A DNA stretch of 64,000 nt from Desulfatiglandales bacterium (GTDB lineage Bacteria; Desulfobacterota; DSM-4660; Desulfatiglandales; Desulfatiglandaceae). The stretch is taken from NCBI GenBank assembly GCA_963662465.1, contig OY759599.1:1248001-1312000 (forward strand), written 5' to 3'. The translations under genes were made by a program, and so were the position numbers. Below the pieces are notes generated by a model. That model searched no databases. It was not told where the DNA came from and saw nothing but the letters and a program-made list of their open reading frames with translations. This document shows positions 59,774-64,000 of this stretch, piece after piece (the first letter of the stretch is position 1; each line of letters opens with the position of its first letter).

Positions 59774-61201
59774 TTACAGAATGTCTCCCGGCTCATATCG
59801 GGCCTCTTTCGCATATCGGTTGAGCAGGGAGGACGCCTTTGTTGCCACCCTCTGGATTTGCTCGGATGCGTTCCCGACAAAATGTTTTTTGTCCGCCAGG
59901 ATGCCGTTGATCCGGGTTTCCGTGATGCCGGCCGCTTTGAATACCGCATCATTGGCGAGTCTTTCGGACAGCTCGGGCGATGCCCCCTCCTGCCGCATGG
60001 CCATGGCTTCGGCTACGGCATGGCGTTTGATGGCGTCATGGGCCGTTTCCCTTCCGACGCCTGCCTTGATCGCCGTCATGAGGATTTCGCTGCTGGCCAG
60101 AAATGGCAGATATCGATCCACCTCTTTTTCGATGATCACCGGGTATGCGCCCATGTTTTTGAGGACCGTGAGGGTGGTTTCGCATAAGCCGTCAGAGGCA
60201 TACAGGGCGTCGGGCATGATGATTCTTCGCACTACGGAACAGGATACATCCCCTTCTTCCCACTGGTCTCCCGCCAGCCGGGACGCGCCGTCAACGTACA
60301 TCTTGATCAGGGTGGAAAACCCGCAGATTCTCTCGGCGCTTCTGGTATTCATCTTGTGGGGCATGGCGCTGGACCCCACCTGTCCCTCCTTGAAGCCTTC
60401 GGTCACCAGTTCATAGCCGCTCATGAGACGCATGCCTTTGGCAAAGTTCTCACAGGCGCTTCCCACGAAGGCCAGCTGGCTAAGGAGCGCGTAATCGAGG
60501 GATCTTGGATAAACCTGGCCCGTGGAATCCAGGACGCGCTCAAAGCCTAAGCTTTGGGCTACCATTTTTTCCAGCATGTAAACTTTTTCAGCGCTTCCCA
60601 GCAGGGTGAGCATGTCAAACTGGGTGCCCACCGGACCTTTGATGCCGCGAAGGGGGTAGGTCGTCAGGAAACTTTCAAAATTTAACATGTGGGTGAGCAG
60701 TTCTTCGGCCCACATGGAAAACCGTCGTCCCAGAAGGGTGGGTTGTGCGGCCTGATGATGGGTTCGGGCCGTCAGGACAATGTCCTGGTATTCATGGGCG
60801 CGATCCAGCATATGCCTGAGGACGGACATATAGCGGCCAAGGATGATCCGGGACCCCTTTTTGAACTGCATCTGTTCCACATTATCGGTGAGGTCGCGGC
60901 TGGTCATGCCCTTGTGAATATGTTCCGCTTTGCCCGAAGCCTTTACAAACCCTTCGATTTTGGCTTTGACGTCGTGCTTGGTTTCAATCTCCCGTTGTTT
61001 GATGAAGCCCATGTCAATGTCGTTCCTGGCGGTTTCGTAACCTTCGATCACGTCGGAGGGAATGGGAAGTCCCAGTTTTTGCTGGGCCTTCATCACGGCA
61101 ATCCAGAGGTCCCTTTCAGCCCGGATTCTCCCCTTTTCAGAAAAGATGCCATTGATTTCGGGGCCGGCATATCGTTGGGATAGTACGTTGGTATTTGACA
61201 A
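59774..61201 (-). CDS. purB: Adenylosuccinate lyase
   Basis: HKGMTSRD, ARTH.Q.AQPT.LG, GSSAMPHKMN signature. Confidence 0.95.
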   Translation of the reverse strand: MSNTNVLSQRYAGPEINGIFSEKGRIRAERDLWIAVMKAQQKLGLPIPSDVIEGYETARNDIDMGFIKQREIETKHDVKAKIEGFVKASGKAEHIHKGMTSRDLTDNVEQMQFKKGSRIILGRYMSVLRHMLDRAHEYQDIVLTARTHHQAAQPTLLGRRFSMWAEELLTHMLNFESFLTTYPLRGIKGPVGTQFDMLTLLGSAEKVYMLEKMVAQSLGFERVLDSTGQVYPRSLDYALLSQLAFVGSACENFAKGMRLMSGYELVTEGFKEGQVGSSAMPHKMNTRSAERICGFSTLIKMYVDGASRLAGDQWEEGDVSCSVVRRIIMPDALYASDGLCETTLTVLKNMGAYPVIIEKEVDRYLPFLASSEILMTAIKAGVGRETAHDAIKRHAVAEAMAMRQEGASPELSERLANDAVFKAAGITETRINGILADKKHFVGNASEQIQRVATKASSLLNRYAKEARYEPGDIL

Positions 61202-61381
61202 TTTTTGTCCTCCGTCTGTTTAATGAAATCAAATTTCTTTCTTGACTACGTCCGTTTGCCTGCTCTATCTTCCCTCGATAAGGTTTTTGAGGTCAGTGGG
61301 TGTTCATCCATTGAGGATTCCAGGAAACGGATCGGTTTACGAACCAGAGATTGCGGAAAAAGGCGTTAATAGTCAAGCATT

Positions 61382-62170
61382 ATGATATCATTCCCCAGGA
61401 TAGATCCCAGTATCATCGAGCTGGGTCCGTTTAAGCTCAGATGGTACGGACTCATGTATGTCTTAGGTTTTCTGTCGGCCTATTTTTTGATCGGCGCTCA
61501 GGAAAAAGCGCGCCGACTGGGCCTTCAGGAAAAATTGTTGCAGGACCTCATTTTTTATATGGCATTGGGATTGGTGGTGGGGGCCCGCCTCGGTTATATC
61601 CTGTTTTACCAGTTTGCGAATCTGGGGCACTACCTTCGGCATCCACTGGAGATTATTGCCGTCTGGCACGGCGGAATGTCTTTCCATGGCGGCCTGATCG
61701 GCGTCGTGGCGGCTACCATTCTGTTTTGCCGCATTCATGATTTGCCCTTTTTGCGGGTGGCGGATACGGTCATTGTGACGGCGCCCGTGGGCCTTTTCTT
61801 CGGTAGAATGGGGAATTTTATTAACGGTGAGCTTTACGGTCGGGCAACCTCGGTCCCCTGGGCCATGGTTTTTCCATCAAGCCCCGGTGTGCCGCGGCAC
61901 CCATCGCAGCTTTACGAGGCCGGGCTTGAAGGCGTGGTGCTGTTTATTGCTTTGTGGGCGCTCAAAGATCGAAACAAGCTGCCCGGCGCCCTGGTGGCCC
62001 TTTTTCTTGCGGGATATGGCGCCATGCGTTTTGTGGTGGAATTTTTTAGGGCGCCGGATGCCCATATCGGACTCTTTTTGGGTTTTTTTTCCATGGGGCA
62101 ATTCCTATGTCTGGGCATGATCCTGGCGGCGGGCATTCTTTGGGCCCTGTTGCCGCGTGACGGGAAATGA
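61382..62170 (+). CDS. lgt: Prolipoprotein diacylglyceryl transferase
   Basis: RWYGLMY, GARLGY, GGMSFHGG, GRMGNFINGEL.GR, HPSQLYE, RF.VEFFR.PD. Confidence 0.96.
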   Translation: MISFPRIDPSIIELGPFKLRWYGLMYVLGFLSAYFLIGAQEKARRLGLQEKLLQDLIFYMALGLVVGARLGYILFYQFANLGHYLRHPLEIIAVWHGGMSFHGGLIGVVAATILFCRIHDLPFLRVADTVIVTAPVGLFFGRMGNFINGELYGRATSVPWAMVFPSSPGVPRHPSQLYEAGLEGVVLFIALWALKDRNKLPGALVALFLAGYGAMRFVVEFFRAPDAHIGLFLGFFSMGQFLCLGMILAAGILWALLPRDGK

Positions 62171-62204
62171 AAATCTTCAAACAAGCGCGCGTGAACATCT
62201 TTTG

Positions 62205-62292
62205 TAACCGTTCACGGTTGCCGGTTTACAGTTGCCGGTTCACGGTTTTTCAATTGTTTTTCAACCGGCAACCGTAAACCGTGAACGGTTAC
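62205..62292. repeat. Heptamer-repeat hairpin (same family as 2007-2075)
   Basis: GTAACCGTTCACGGTTGCCGGTTTAC... paired with ...CCGGCAACCGTAAACCGTGAACGGTTAC. Confidence 0.7.
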
Positions 62293-62315
62293 CATCTTTT
62301 ATTGTGCAGGGGGGA

Positions 62316-63962
62316 ATGAAGTTGCGTTCGGATATCCTGAAAAAAGACATCGAGACACTGCCGCACCGGGCTTTATTAATGTCCGCGGGTTTAACGGAAA
62401 ATGATTTTGAGCCAGGCAAACCCTTTGTGGGTGTGGCAAACAGCTACAACAATATCATACCCGGTCATATTCATCTAAATGCGCTGACCCGTGAGGTTAA
62501 AAGAGGCATTCGAGATGCCGGCGGCGTCCCGTTGGAATGGGGGGTCCCCGGCGTTTGCGATGGGATTGCCATGTATGTGGAAATGCGACTGAGCCTTCCC
62601 AGCCGGGAGCATATCGCGGACAACATCGAAATCATGGTGCTGTCCCATTCCCTGGATGGGTGGGTGGGGGTGACGAGCTGCGACAAAATTACGCCCGGTA
62701 TGCTCATGGCGGCAGGACGTCTGGATCTGCCGGCGGTGATCCTGACCGGCGGACCCATGAAAGCCAATGTGATTGACGGTGAAAAACACCATCCCATCGA
62801 AGGATTCGGCTTGGTGGGACAGGTGAAAGGCGGCCGAATGACAGCCGCCGAGGCGGAACGGATGCTCCCTGCCATGACCTGTGGGGCAGGCTCCTGCGTG
62901 GGTCTTTATACGGCCAATACCATGGCGGTGGTGGCGGAAGTGCTGGGCATGTCGGTGACAGGTTGCGCCACGACCCCGGCCCTGGATCCGTTAAAAAAAG
63001 AGCAGGCCTATGAATCGGGAAAGCGTGTGGTGGAATTGATCAAAAAAGACATTCGGCCCCGGCGCATCATGACGGAGGGGGCCTTTGAAAATGCCATTCG
63101 TATCGATATGGCCATGGGTGGCTCAACCAACGCGGTGTTGCACATTCCTGCAGTGGCGAGGGAGGCCGGCATCCATATCGATCTGGCGCTCTTTGATAGA
63201 ATTGCCGGAGAGACGCCTCATCTTTGCGCCATTATTCCCGCCGGCGCCCACGAGATGGCGGATATCCACGGGGCGGGCGGCGTCCCGGCCGTCCTGAACC
63301 GTCTGCGGCATATGCTCAAGGATTCCCCGACGGTAAACGGGCACTCCATTGCCGCTATCGCCGCGCTGGGGAAAGCCATGGATGAGGATATGATAAGGCC
63401 CATCGAGAGGCCCTATCATCTTCAAGGGGGGATTGCCGTACTGAAAGGCAATATTGCCAACAGCGCGGTGATCAAGCAGACGGCCGTGGATGCGGACATG
63501 CAGGTACACAGAGGCCCCGCAAAGGTGTTTTATACGGAAAAGGCGCTTCTGGAAGCCATTGAAAATCGGGGAATTTCCGAGGGAGATGTGATTGTATTGC
63601 CTTTTCAGGGGCCTTGCGGCGCCCCGGGAATGCCCGAGATGCTGACGCCCACCGACGCCATAAAGGGCGCCGGCTACAGCAGGGTGGCTTTGATTACGGA
63701 TGGAAGGTTTTCCGGCGCCACCAGCGGCCCGTGCGTGGGGCATGTTGAGATGGAGGCCTTTAACGGGGGTCCCATCGGCGTCATCGCGGATGGGGATATG
63801 ATAGAGATCGACATTCCCAACAGGCGATTGAACGTCCGGTTGAGTGATGCCGAGATTGAAAACCGGTTGAAACGCGTCAGACCGCCGGAGCGGGATCTGA
63901 CGCCGTTGCTGAGGCGTTACAGGGAGCAGTTCCGGGGTGTTAACTGTTATGGGAAGCCGTAA
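62316..63962 (+). CDS. ilvD: Dihydroxy-acid dehydratase
   Basis: [57 protein letters not shown]. Confidence 0.95.
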   Translation: MKLRSDILKKDIETLPHRALLMSAGLTENDFEPGKPFVGVANSYNNIIPGHIHLNALTREVKRGIRDAGGVPLEWGVPGVCDGIAMYVEMRLSLPSREHIADNIEIMVLSHSLDGWVGVTSCDKITPGMLMAAGRLDLPAVILTGGPMKANVIDGEKHHPIEGFGLVGQVKGGRMTAAEAERMLPAMTCGAGSCVGLYTANTMAVVAEVLGMSVTGCATTPALDPLKKEQAYESGKRVVELIKKDIRPRRIMTEGAFENAIRIDMAMGGSTNAVLHIPAVAREAGIHIDLALFDRIAGETPHLCAIIPAGAHEMADIHGAGGVPAVLNRLRHMLKDSPTVNGHSIAAIAALGKAMDEDMIRPIERPYHLQGGIAVLKGNIANSAVIKQTAVDADMQVHRGPAKVFYTEKALLEAIENRGISEGDVIVLPFQGPCGAPGMPEMLTPTDAIKGAGYSRVALITDGRFSGATSGPCVGHVEMEAFNGGPIGVIADGDMIEIDIPNRRLNVRLSDAEIENRLKRVRPPERDLTPLLRRYREQFRGVNCYGKP

Positions 63963-64000
63963 AACGGCTGAAAACAGGAGAATGTCATTATGGCAGCGAA

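Overview
The gene content suggests a Desulfobacterota-like (deltaproteobacterial) chromosome; this is inference. Housekeeping DNA lies at both ends. The left flank (1-5478) has a Liv-type ABC transporter and an acyl-CoA ligase. The right flank (about 45.7-64 kb) has gpmI, recO, a SulP/two-component/TetR operon, purB, lgt and ilvD. Between them is a ~40 kb accessory defence region that starts right after a tRNA-Leu(TAA). It contains two integrase remnants, a three-gene module (ECF-like sigma factor, MazF-fold putative anti-sigma, Lon-type Ser-Lys protease fused to a helical/TPR-like region), a 4.7 kb IS21-family element, a 51-repeat CRISPR array, and an adaptation set (TPR protein, cas1, cas2, CRISPR-associated primase-polymerase). 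It also holds a complete type III-A interference operon (cas6, cas10, csm2-5) with a CARF-adenosine deaminase (Cad1-like), a Csx20-like ring nuclease and a Csx1-like CARF-HEPN effector. The key observation is one ECF-type promoter motif, T-tract-TGAA-N15-GCCGTA(A/T), found six times with identical spacing. It precedes the anti-sigma/protease genes (overlapping the sigma stop codon), the IS-interrupted unit, the TPR gene, cas1-cas2, CAPP and cas6-csm. Together these suggest a protease-gated sigma-factor regulon controlling the CRISPR locus. It resembles CalpL/T/S and type III-E Csx29/Csx30/CASP-sigma, but uses a Lon-TPR protease with no recognisable SAVED or CARF sensor. Family assignments come from motif recognition by eye; no database searches were run.
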